64,000 bases of DNA. Origin: Omnitrophica bacterium GWA2_41_15. GTDB taxonomy: Bacteria > Omnitrophota > Gorgyraeia > Gygaellales > UBA12090. Below the pieces are notes generated by a model. The model did not search any database, was not told the origin of the DNA, and saw only the letters and a program-made list of their open reading frames with translations. The stretch is from contig CAKKRH010000001.1 of assembly GCA_919902675.1 (NCBI GenBank), positions 3 to 64,002 on the forward strand, read 5' to 3'. The first letter of the stretch is position 1. Each line of letters starts with the position of its first letter. Both the position numbers and the translations under genes were made by a program. Of the stretch, positions 53,477-61,063 are shown piece by piece.

Positions 53477-53860
53477 ATGAAAAGAATTGTTGCTTTTCAG
53501 GTAATAGGTATTTTTGTCTTGGCTTCGGCCGGCGTTTCCCAGGCGATGCCGCATTGCGGGATGGAGATGCGAATGGCCCAGGCTGAAGGTGTTAAAGAAA
53601 CCGCTGACATAACCCAAAAAGCGGTTGATGTTGGGAATAAGATTTGTCCGGTGGGAGGAGAAAAGATTGATGAGAAAATGAAGGCGACCTATGAATATGA
53701 AGGGAAAATCTATAACTTCTGCTGCGCGATGTGTATTGATGATTTTAAAAAAGATCCCCAAAAATACATCAAGAAAATAGAGGAAGAAAAAGCGAAAGAA
53801 CCAGCGGCAGAAAACACCCAGCACCGGCAGGAAGAAGGCCATGGCCATATACACGATTGA
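53477..53860 (+). CDS. secreted YHS/TRASH-domain metal-binding protein with His-rich tail
   Basis: Signal peptide MKRIVAFQVIGIFVLASAGVSQA, CPVGGEKI...YNFCCAMC YHS-like motif, C-terminal HRQEEGHGHIHD. ATG 53477 behind AGGAGG lies after the terminator. Confidence 0.65.
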   Translation: MKRIVAFQVIGIFVLASAGVSQAMPHCGMEMRMAQAEGVKETADITQKAVDVGNKICPVGGEKIDEKMKATYEYEGKIYNFCCAMCIDDFKKDPQKYIKKIEEEKAKEPAAENTQHRQEEGHGHIHD

Positions 53861-53881
53861 TTCTTGAAAGGAGACAGTTTG

Positions 53882-54928
53882 ATGAAGAGGATTATGTTGT
53901 TCTTTTTAGCCGCGGGTTTTATATGCAGCGCGGTATTTGCCCAGGATGTTGGCGCCTTAAGGACGGAAATTCATTCTAAACTCCGGGACAAGCGCTGTAA
54001 TATGCCTTTATCTGAGTGCAATTGCCCGGAGGCCAAAGAGATGAAGGGTTATATTGACGCCCTGCTGGAAACCGGGACGCCCAAGGATGAGATTTATTAC
54101 AAAGTGGCCAAGAAGTTTTCTTTGAAGACGATCCTGGATAAGGATGTAAAAAAAGAGATGGAAAAGCGATTAACTACTGAGGCTGGTTCAAAAATGCCAC
54201 AGATAGTTTTAGAAACTACCTCGTTTAACTTTGGTGAAGTGAATAAAACCCAAGGCAAGGTGAGCACGGTATTTAAACTACGGAATAAGGGAAGCGCGGA
54301 TTTGGTAATCACTAATCTTCGGGCCTCCTGCGTCTGCACCACTATTTCTTTAGCCGTGGATAAGCAAAAGAGCCCTTATTTTGACAATAAGGGCGCGCCC
54401 AAAGATTGGAAAATGGAATTAAAGCCGAATCAGGCCGGCGAGCTGGAGGTGGTCTTGGATTTGGCGCATAAAGCCATCAACGCGGGAGATTTGACCCGGG
54501 AAGTAGATATTATCAGTAACGACCCGTTATATCCTGAAACCTCAGTCAGGGTAGAGGCCAAGGTTATCGCTGTTGAAAATCCTCAAAAAAATGAAAATAC
54601 GCCTTTTTCCGGCAGTCTGGAAAATGGAGTAAGGGTTGTTGAGCTAAAAGCTTCTCAATATAAGTTCGCGCCTGACCCGATTGTAGTAAAAAAAGGCGAG
54701 CGGGTCCGTCTGGTGGCCAAGAGTTTAGATGTGGGTCATGGTATTTCCATCCCGGAATTTAACCTGAATCTGGCGATTCCCACCGGCAAAGAGTCCACAG
54801 GTGAGTTTATCGCGGATAAAGAAGGAACCTTTACCTCTTACTGCAGTGTCTACTGCGGCACCGGCCACGGCAAGATGCAAGGGAAGCTGATTGTGCTAGT
54901 GGGGTCAGACCCGGACAATAGACATTAA
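53882..54928 (+). CDS. secreted CcmH-like / DUF1573 / cupredoxin three-domain protein
   Basis: RCNMPLSECNCPEAKEMKGYI (CcmH-like), FNFGEVNK...NLRASCVCTT (DUF1573), H...CSVYCGTGHGKM (CuA-like Cx3Cx3Hx2M). Confidence 0.65.
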   Translation: MKRIMLFFLAAGFICSAVFAQDVGALRTEIHSKLRDKRCNMPLSECNCPEAKEMKGYIDALLETGTPKDEIYYKVAKKFSLKTILDKDVKKEMEKRLTTEAGSKMPQIVLETTSFNFGEVNKTQGKVSTVFKLRNKGSADLVITNLRASCVCTTISLAVDKQKSPYFDNKGAPKDWKMELKPNQAGELEVVLDLAHKAINAGDLTREVDIISNDPLYPETSVRVEAKVIAVENPQKNENTPFSGSLENGVRVVELKASQYKFAPDPIVVKKGERVRLVAKSLDVGHGISIPEFNLNLAIPTGKESTGEFIADKEGTFTSYCSVYCGTGHGKMQGKLIVLVGSDPDNRH

Positions 54929-55078
54929 GTAATGAAAGATTAAAAATAAATTTATAATATGCATAATTACCGTCGTTTTTGCCTAATGCCTTTATTGATA
55001 GGAAGTTACCGAATAATTAGGGCGTAATATGCGGTTATAATGGTGAGCGGGTAAAGAAACAAAAGCTTTAATTTTCTA

Positions 55079-55125
55079 TTGACAGATGAATAAAAATATT
55101 ATACAATTGAATAGTAATGCTATTC
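55079..55125 (+). promoter_or_regulatory. sigma70-like promoter plus small dyad
   Basis: TTGACA 55079-55084, 17-nt spacer, TACAAT 55102-55107. GAATAG-taatg-CTATTC dyad at 55109-55125. Confidence 0.5.
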
Positions 55126-55180
55126 AGCAGGCCAGCAGGCCGTGGTTTGGTTTCCAATAGCCAGAGCCGTTAGGAGTGTT

Positions 55181-55777
55181 ATGCTAAGCGCGATCATTTC
55201 TTCTAAAACTAAACGTAAGCTTTTAACCTTATTACTTACCAACCCTAAACGCAGATTTTATGTGAGGGAGATTTCCAGGGGCATTGAAGAAAACATCAAC
55301 TCTGTCCGGTGTGAGCTGAGGAAGCTGGCCTCTATTGGATTAGTATCTTCAGAAAAAGAGGCAAATCTATTGTATTATAAAATAAACCCGGGTTGCCCGC
55401 TTTATAAAGAGCTGAAGAATCTTATATACAAAACCGAAGCCTTCGGCCCATACCTTAAAGAAATATCAAATTTTTCTAAGGATATTCAGATCGCCTTTAT
55501 TTATGGCTCCACGGCTTATAACCAGGAGCGGGAAAAGAGCGATATTGATCTTTTTGTCCTGGGGGATACAGATGGAGAGAAACTCCATAGATATATCTTC
55601 GAACTTGAAGAGAAAATCGGTCGGGAGATCAATACTGTTTATATGACTCTTAGCGAATTTAAAGACAAAATCAAAAGAAAGAACGCGTTTTTAAAGAGAG
55701 TTCTTTCTGGAGAGAAGATATTCATAAGAGGAGATGAGGATGCTTTATCGGGAATTACTAAAGGAAAAGAAGATTAA
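55181..55777 (+). CDS. wHTH-fused minimal nucleotidyltransferase (MNT-type antitoxin), second copy
   Basis: FYVREISRGIEENINSVRCELRKL wHTH followed by the GSTAYNQEREKSDIDLFVLG NTase motif. Paralog of 26976..27542. Confidence 0.7.
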   Translation: MLSAIISSKTKRKLLTLLLTNPKRRFYVREISRGIEENINSVRCELRKLASIGLVSSEKEANLLYYKINPGCPLYKELKNLIYKTEAFGPYLKEISNFSKDIQIAFIYGSTAYNQEREKSDIDLFVLGDTDGEKLHRYIFELEEKIGREINTVYMTLSEFKDKIKRKNAFLKRVLSGEKIFIRGDEDALSGITKGKED

Positions 55778-56162
55778 AGTTCATCAAGCTTCACCTGAAG
55801 AAATTAAAGATATTATTGAAATAGCTGACAGGGATTTAAGTTTTGCTAAAGAAGCTATGGCGCATAATTGGGATTGGGCTTTTACTATTACTTATAACGC
55901 GGCTCTGAGTGCTTCACGGGCATATATGTATAAAATAGGTTATCGTCCATCGTCTGCCGAGAGCCATAAGACAGTATGGAGTTTTATGTTATTAGCTTTG
56001 CCTGAAGGTCAGCACGATCGTATCCATTTCTTTAATCATATGCGTGTCAAACGAAATAAGAATCTCTATGACCACGCAGGCCTTATCTCTGAGACAGAAG
56101 GCAAGCAGATAATTAATTCGGCTGAAAAACATATTGTGGTAATTAAAAAACTTCTCTTATAG
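55734..56162 (+). CDS. HEPN domain protein, second copy
   Basis: HEPN-like helical protein overlapping the NTase gene by 44 nt. RVKRNKNLY region. Confidence 0.65.
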   Translation: MRMLYRELLKEKKIKVHQASPEEIKDIIEIADRDLSFAKEAMAHNWDWAFTITYNAALSASRAYMYKIGYRPSSAESHKTVWSFMLLALPEGQHDRIHFFNHMRVKRNKNLYDHAGLISETEGKQIINSAEKHIVVIKKLLL

Positions 56163-56261
56163 AGTAAGCGGCCACATTTAGAGAATAGAGAGAATAGGAG
56201 AATAGGGGTCAGAGTGGTTTTATTGGCCGTCTCCTTTTCGCGTGATATATTGAGGATTTAA

Positions 56262-56855
56262 TTGTCAGTCCACGCCTTACAGAAACATTCTATATCAAAA
56301 AAAGAGATAAGCGTTTTGCCTCTCAAACATTATACCGGCTCTATCCATCTGATAGATTCGGACGCGAAGATGAGAGCGGCCGCGCGGTCTCTGGGCAGAG
56401 AGAAGGTCTTGGGTTTTGATACGGAGACCAGGCCCGCTTTTAAGAAGGGCGAATCTTATCCACCGTCTCTCATCCAGCTTGCCGCCGCGGACGGGGTATA
56501 CATATTCCAGATAAGGCGTATTAATTCTCATAAAGCGCTTGCCGGTATTTTGGCCGATCGGAATGTGCTGAAAGCCGGTATTGGAGTATCGGAGGATATA
56601 AAAAAACTGAACGATATATTGCCCTTTGAGCCGTCAGGTTTTATCGGATTGGCAGGCCTGGCGGCTAGGGCCGGAATAAAGAACGCGGGTATCCGCGGCC
56701 TGGCGGCACTGCTATTCGGTTTTAGGATATCCAAACAGACGCAGTGCTCCCGCTGGGACGCGCCGGCGCTTACGCGCGCGCAGATAGTTTACGCGGCTAC
56801 CGACGCCTGGATATGCAGAGAGATATATTTCGCCTTGTTCGAGAAAAAGGGGTAA
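56262..56855 (+). CDS. DEDD 3'-5' exonuclease domain protein (RNase D / WRN-exo-like)
   Basis: LGFDTETRP (ExoI), a NVLKAGIGVSEDIKKL (ExoII-like) region, and YAATDAW (ExoIII). Confidence 0.7.
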   Translation: MSVHALQKHSISKKEISVLPLKHYTGSIHLIDSDAKMRAAARSLGREKVLGFDTETRPAFKKGESYPPSLIQLAAADGVYIFQIRRINSHKALAGILADRNVLKAGIGVSEDIKKLNDILPFEPSGFIGLAGLAARAGIKNAGIRGLAALLFGFRISKQTQCSRWDAPALTRAQIVYAATDAWICREIYFALFEKKG

Positions 56856-56874
56856 GCCTTTGAAATCCGAAAAG

Positions 56875-56892
56875 ATTATTCTAAATATCTCC
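56875..56892 (+). repeat. 18-bp direct repeat identical to the copA 5' end (left copy)
   Basis: ATTATTCTAAATATCTCC, identical to 62932-62949. The flanks are also similar (GAAA.. before, CC.GGGA after). Confidence 0.75.
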
Positions 56893-56900
56893 TGGGAAAA

Positions 56901-57004
56901 GATAGGGTCAAACCTCAAAACTCCAAAATAGCCATTAACGCTGGAATTGGTAAGAGATTAGATAAATTGTAAGTTTGAGGTTTGACCTTATCAGTGACCC
57001 TATC
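56901..57004. other. nested inverted repeats adjacent to the left direct repeat
   Basis: GATAGGGTCA (56901-10) / TGACCCTATC (56995-57004), and GGTCAAACCTCAAA (56906-19) / TTTGAGGTTTGACC (56974-87). Confidence 0.6.
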
Positions 57005-57144
57005 AACATTCTATGAAATCCCAGACGCGAAGAATATCTATAACAATATGAGCAATAAAGAGATATTAAAAAAGAAGGTTTTTGTCCGTACTTTCGGCTG
57101 GCCAGTGGCAGGATTATAGTAATGCGATGAGGAGCTTGGCCGAG

Positions 57145-57714
57145 GCTATATTAGGCTAGAGGCGATAGATAAAAGGCTATAGGCGATAGGCAATGGGCTA
57201 TAGAAAAACCTATAGCCTCTCGCCTATAGCCTATAGCCTGGAGTGAAACTCATGGGCAAAGGGTTTGAGCAATTACAGGTTTGGCAGAAAGCGAAAGACA
57301 TTGCGGTTTTGATTTACAAGGTCACGGCTGATGGGAAAATCGCTAAGGACTTCAGCTTGCGCGATCAAATGCGGCGCTCGGCTATAAGCATAGCCAGCAA
57401 TATCGCTGAAGGCGACGAAAGAGATACAGACAAGAAATCGGTACGATTTTTCTTTATTGCAAAAGGTTCACTTGCGGAATTACGGACTCAGCTCAGGATC
57501 GCACTGGAAGTCAATTTCTTGGATAAAGATGAATTTGCCAAGATCAAACAGGATTGTTTGGAAATTGGCAAGATGTTGGGCGGATTAATAAAGCATAGAA
57601 TAGGCGATAGGCAATAGGCGATAGGACGGGAAAATCCTATAGGCTATGGCGTGATGTCTCTCGCTTTTTTTATTACCTATAGCCTATCGCCTCGCGTCTA
57701 TAGCCTAATATAGG
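57145..57714 (+). mobile_element. inverted-repeat-bounded four-helix-bundle gene module (rRNA-IVS-like)
   Basis: The left flank CTATATTAGGCTA..GGCGATAG is the reverse complement of the right flank CTATCGCC..TAGCCTAATATAG (57676-57714). ATAGGCN heptad arrays fill both flanks. Confidence 0.5.
57252..57617 (+). CDS. four-helix-bundle protein (23S rRNA intervening-sequence protein family)
   Basis: FEQLQVWQKAKDIAVLIYKV, RDQMRRSAISIASNIAEG, AKGSLAELRTQL. Confidence 0.75.
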   Translation: MGKGFEQLQVWQKAKDIAVLIYKVTADGKIAKDFSLRDQMRRSAISIASNIAEGDERDTDKKSVRFFFIAKGSLAELRTQLRIALEVNFLDKDEFAKIKQDCLEIGKMLGGLIKHRIGDRQ

Positions 57715-57780
57715 GTCGGGCGAGGCGCGGTTGTCAGTGATTGTGGTCAAAAAAATCGATGTCAATGTCAATTCAATCGA

Positions 57781-57856
57781 GGCAATAGGCGATAGGCTTT
57801 TGGCGATAGGATTAATAACCTATAGCCTATGACCTATCGCCTATTGCCTTTTTTAG
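57781..57856 (+). terminator. long heptad-built hairpin with T-run
   Basis: GGCAATAGGCGATAGG...CCTATCGCCTATTGCC (outer 16 bp perfect) followed by TTTTTT. Confidence 0.6.
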
Positions 57857-58006
57857 GCATCAATGGTCAAACTGGCTAAAATAAGCGCCCAGCGTCGGAA
57901 GACAGGCGATTTTAGGGGTGTTTTAGGGGCGTCTGGAGAGGTCAAAAATAGGCGTTTTGATGGACATCTATGGACATCATTTTGTCTACAGCGAGAGTGA
58001 TTATTC

Positions 58007-58090
58007 TTGACTCTCAGGCGTTTCATGGTAAAATGTCCACTAATTGGAAATGTCCACTAAATAGTGGACATTTAGGAGTAGTGGACATTT
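58007..58090 (+). promoter_or_regulatory. promoter plus four-copy 12-mer operator array
   Basis: TTGACT 58007-12, 16-nt spacer, TAAAAT 58029-34. AAATGTCCACTA at 58031 and 58048, with its complement TAGTGGACATTT at 58062 and 58079. Confidence 0.6.
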
Positions 58091-58093
58091 AAT

Positions 58094-58822
58094 ATGCCTT
58101 GGCTTTTCAGACAGTCAAGTAATGGATCGCATGAAGGAGTTACTACGATGAAAATACTTTCAGGAGATAAGGCGAACATAATCATTCGCGCCATGCTATC
58201 TCAACCCGATAGGAAATGGGTCGCTAGGGATTTCGAGAAAGAATTTGGCGTGGGACGCGCGCGCGCGGCAAAAGTACTATCAGAACTGCGCGCCAAGGGG
58301 TTTGTCGGAGGGGTTCGGTCTGGCAGGCTCGCGCATAGCATATTGCAAAATAAAGAAGAACTTCTTGAGGAATGGCTTAAAGTCTATAAGTTTGAGCTTA
58401 ACGAAGCCCATCTTTATTACTCAACCCGAGAGGATATTCTTCCCCGGCTAAAGGAATATTTTGCAGGGAAGAAAGATCCCAATCAATACGCCCTGACGCT
58501 TCATACCGGAGCCAATCTCATTACCAGCTACGTGAACACGCAGACAATATATTGTTACCTGCCGGTAGAGAATTTCAAGAGCGCTTCATTGGACCTGCGG
58601 CAGGTTCTTGATCTGAAGGAATTAAAAACGGGCGGCAATTTTTATTTAATAAACCCGTATTATAGAAGCGCCACTTTTTTCAATACTCAGATAATCAAAG
58701 GCTACAATGTTGTTTCGGATCTCCAGCTTTATTTGGATCTGTATCATTTCCCGCAGAGGGGCCGAGACCACGCCGAGTATTTACTTAAAACATTAAAAGA
58801 GGAAGGAAAACCAATTGCTTAA
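58094..58822 (+). CDS. wHTH protein, AbiEi-like antitoxin candidate
   Basis: wHTH region DFEKEFGVGRARAAKVLSELRAKGFV. Positioned upstream of, and overlapping, an NTase-fold gene. Confidence 0.5.
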   Translation: MPWLFRQSSNGSHEGVTTMKILSGDKANIIIRAMLSQPDRKWVARDFEKEFGVGRARAAKVLSELRAKGFVGGVRSGRLAHSILQNKEELLEEWLKVYKFELNEAHLYYSTREDILPRLKEYFAGKKDPNQYALTLHTGANLITSYVNTQTIYCYLPVENFKSASLDLRQVLDLKELKTGGNFYLINPYYRSATFFNTQIIKGYNVVSDLQLYLDLYHFPQRGRDHAEYLLKTLKEEGKPIA

Positions 58823-59606
58823 AGAATTCCCGGGAGAAAAACTCCTCATCAAAGTCATAGATGATCTGGCTGATTTTTTGCCGTATCTTGTTCTGGTAGG
58901 CGGTTGGGTGCCGTACATCTATGCCAGACATATGTGGAAAGACGTTCCCAATATGGCAGTGACTACTGGAGATATTGATTTTGGTGTCGGTGATCATGAT
59001 TTTAACGGCAAGGATACGGTTGCTTCTCGGGTGCAACGATTGGGATATGGAGAGCGCCACGTTTCAATGGATCGACCATATCCGTTCGTTCCTATTGCGA
59101 AAGACGCAACCGGTGAGACAAAAACCGAAGTTGAGTTTATAACTGACCCCAAGGTTTCCCGGAAAGTCATCAATAAAATCGTTGGCAAAGAGATCAAGAT
59201 CAATGAAATCCAGCATTTCAGTTTATTGCTTGGTTCTGTCATGCCGGTAAAAATGAACGGCAAAAGCATCCAGATACCGACAGAATCGATGTTTGTTTTT
59301 CATAAACTGTTGACGTTTGTGGATCGGGAAAATAAAGCTAAACTCAGGAAAGATCTTTATTACGTTTACTATATGATCAGATTCAGCCCGACAAAGGCAC
59401 AGCTTTGTGACGATGTGGTCGGCCTTATCAAAAAACTTAAAGAAGGCAAACAAGTCAAAGAGAATCTCAAAGAGTATTTTAGCAGTGTTGATTCAAAGGG
59501 GCCTTTATTTGTCGAACAGGAAAACGGCCCGGACGCTTATGTCGCGAATGTGAGAGAAGACGCGTTTGAGAAATTTAGCGACATTAGGCGAAGGGTTGAG
59601 GGATGA
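58815..59606 (+). CDS. nucleotidyltransferase-fold protein (GSU2403/AbiEii-like toxin candidate)
   Basis: LVLVGGWVPYIY and TGDIDFGVGD NTase motifs. 8-nt overlap with the upstream wHTH gene. Confidence 0.6.
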   Translation: MLKEFPGEKLLIKVIDDLADFLPYLVLVGGWVPYIYARHMWKDVPNMAVTTGDIDFGVGDHDFNGKDTVASRVQRLGYGERHVSMDRPYPFVPIAKDATGETKTEVEFITDPKVSRKVINKIVGKEIKINEIQHFSLLLGSVMPVKMNGKSIQIPTESMFVFHKLLTFVDRENKAKLRKDLYYVYYMIRFSPTKAQLCDDVVGLIKKLKEGKQVKENLKEYFSSVDSKGPLFVEQENGPDAYVANVREDAFEKFSDIRRRVEG

Positions 59607-59848
59607 AAACCTTCGCTATCGGCGACATCCACGGCGCCTATAAGGCGATGATGCAGTGCTTTGAGCGCTCAAAGTTCGATTATAAGAAAGACCGAACATT
59701 ACAACCAATTCATGTTTGCAATGTTTGGAATATCGATACCGGTGCTGGATGGTCAGGCAAGCTCACGATCATAGATGTTGATACAAAGGAATATTGGCAG
59801 TCGGATTTGACGCCGGACTTATACGGCGGAACGCCGGATAAATTATAA
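59603..59848 (+). pseudogene. internally deleted metallophosphoesterase (Ser/Thr phosphatase-like)
   Basis: N-terminal FAIGDIHG joins directly to C-terminal NIDTGAGWSGKLTIIDV. The GDxxDRG, GNHE and HGH blocks are absent, leaving 81 aa. Confidence 0.55.
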
Positions 59849-59884
59849 ATTGTGGCAGATTTTTTGAAATGAGGAGTATTTTTT

Positions 59885-60352
59885 ATGCCAATGATTAAAT
59901 GTACTGACGAGCAGGCTTATTTAATCGAATTATGTTTAGACACTATGTGCAGAGCCACTATGGGTCAATTAACGCATGTTATCGAATCTATGGAGCAGAT
60001 TAGGGGAAAATTATTTAAAGTGAAATGCCCGGATGGGGAGGTTAGGAGTTTTTATTCGCTTGGGACATACATTGAAGAGATGATAAAACCAATCCTTTTC
60101 CCGGAGCTGGCTTCTAACGCAAGCTACGGAGTCGGGCAAAAGGCCATTGGAAACGGGCAGGTGCTGTACGAGATGGTAAAGGTTTTGCAAAATTACAGAG
60201 CTGAAAAAGAGAATCATTCTAAGCACTCGGTTACTTGGCACAAACCTTTACATTACAGTAAAAAACCATTGATTGAGGTTATGAGCTTGCAAAACGAGAA
60301 GAAGCCGATTAAGCGGCGTGTCGCAGTTAAGGAGAAGAGCAGGAAGAAATAA
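59885..60352 (+). CDS. hypothetical protein
   Basis: 155-aa ORF with GAGGAG RBS and a basic C-terminal tail. No family recognised. Confidence 0.4.
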   Translation: MPMIKCTDEQAYLIELCLDTMCRATMGQLTHVIESMEQIRGKLFKVKCPDGEVRSFYSLGTYIEEMIKPILFPELASNASYGVGQKAIGNGQVLYEMVKVLQNYRAEKENHSKHSVTWHKPLHYSKKPLIEVMSLQNEKKPIKRRVAVKEKSRKK

Positions 60353-60401
60353 GCGGCTTTAGGCGAAACAGTTTTTTAAGCGAAGAACAGAGAAGAGAAG
60401 A

Positions 60402-60848
60402 ATGGCGAAGGAAAGAAAAATCACAGGTATAAGGTCTTGGCCGGAGGATGACAGGCCGAGAGAAAAACTCCTCAAAAAGGGCGCGGGAGCTTTGAGTAAT
60501 TCCGAGCTTCTGGCCATTCTTCTTCGCACCGGAACGCAGGGCACCAGCGCAATTGACCTCGCCCGCAAAATCTTAAAGAAATTCAGCACATTCCGCAATA
60601 TGGCCCACACCGACGCCCGGGACTGGAAAGAGTTCAAGGGTTTAGGCGGGGCCAAGATCGCCCATATTCAGGCCGCGCTTGAAATCGGGCGGCGCTATCG
60701 ACAGGACGATGTGTCCACCGGGAAGCAGAAAATCGCCTCTGCAAAAGATATTGTGGATATCGTCATGCCTCAGCTTCGGGACCTTAAATATCAAAAAATA
60801 TCAAAAGACGCTCTATATAATTCAAATATCAAAAGACGCTCTATATAA
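60402..60848 (+). pseudogene. radC: radC (UPF0758) truncated before the JAB/MPN domain
   Basis: RSWPEDDRPREKLLKKGAGALSNSELLAILLRTGTQG and HhH KGLGGAKIAHIQAALEIGRR are intact. Homology stops at MPQLRDLK (~60785), where the repeat tract begins. No HNHPSG motif is present. Confidence 0.7.
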
Positions 60849-60852
60849 TTCA
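60798..60852 (+). repeat. 28-nt tandem duplication of the left end of the 127-bp repeat
   Basis: ATATCAAAAGACGCTCTATATAATTCA at 60798-60824 and 60826-60852, with a further partial ATATCAAAA at about 60788. Confidence 0.8.
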
Positions 60853-60954
60853 TTGCGTTGCAATAGGTTGCAAAACAATTCCATGGAATACATAAAGTAT
60901 AATTGTTTTGTAATTCATTCAGCGTGATAAGGTTAGATAAAGCGTCTTGTGAGT
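60828..60954 (+). repeat. 127-bp perfect direct repeat, copy 1
   Basis: Identical base for base to 62253-62379. Internal dyads AAGACGCT/AGCGTCTT and CAAAACAATT/AATTGTTTTG. Confidence 0.9.
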
Positions 60955-60957
60955 GTA

Positions 60958-61063
60958 CGGGGTAAAGCTTCTGCCGCTCATAATGAGCAAGAGAACCTTT
61001 ACCCCGCGGCGGCTCGGACACGACAGCCGAAGGTCTTTATAAAGACCTTCGGCTGGCCGGTGG
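60958..61063 (+). repeat. hairpin element A (GGGGTAAAG stem plus 26-nt perfect palindrome)
   Basis: GGGGTAAAG (60959-67) / CTTTACCCC (60997-61005). CCGAAGGTCTTTATAAAGACCTTCGG at 61027-61052. A 51-bp core is identical to 62819-62869. Confidence 0.8.

Noticed and set aside
60786-60852. 28-nt tandem repeats (also at 62732-62787) and the 28-nt heptad arrays, considered as CRISPR fragments
   Set aside because: The units are directly adjacent with no spacers and occur in only 2-3 copies. No cas genes are present in the window.
60828-60954. 127-bp repeat considered as an integron attC site (its size is similar to Vibrio VCRs)
   Set aside because: The outermost dyad is AAGACGCT/AGCGTCTT, not RYYYAAC/GTTRRRY. 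The single GTTAGAT lies 16 nt inside the repeat. No intI gene or attI is visible. The idea is unsupported, though not excluded.
61030-61063. VFIKTFGWPV translation (also KKVFVRTFGWPVAG at about 57077 and VFIKTFG* at about 62856) resembling the N-terminus of MiaB/RimO methylthiotransferases
   Set aside because: The essential Cys is a Trp codon in two copies and the third has a stop. The segment is a perfect DNA palindrome, and no downstream radical SAM sequence follows. The resemblance is more likely coincidental or a very old relic.
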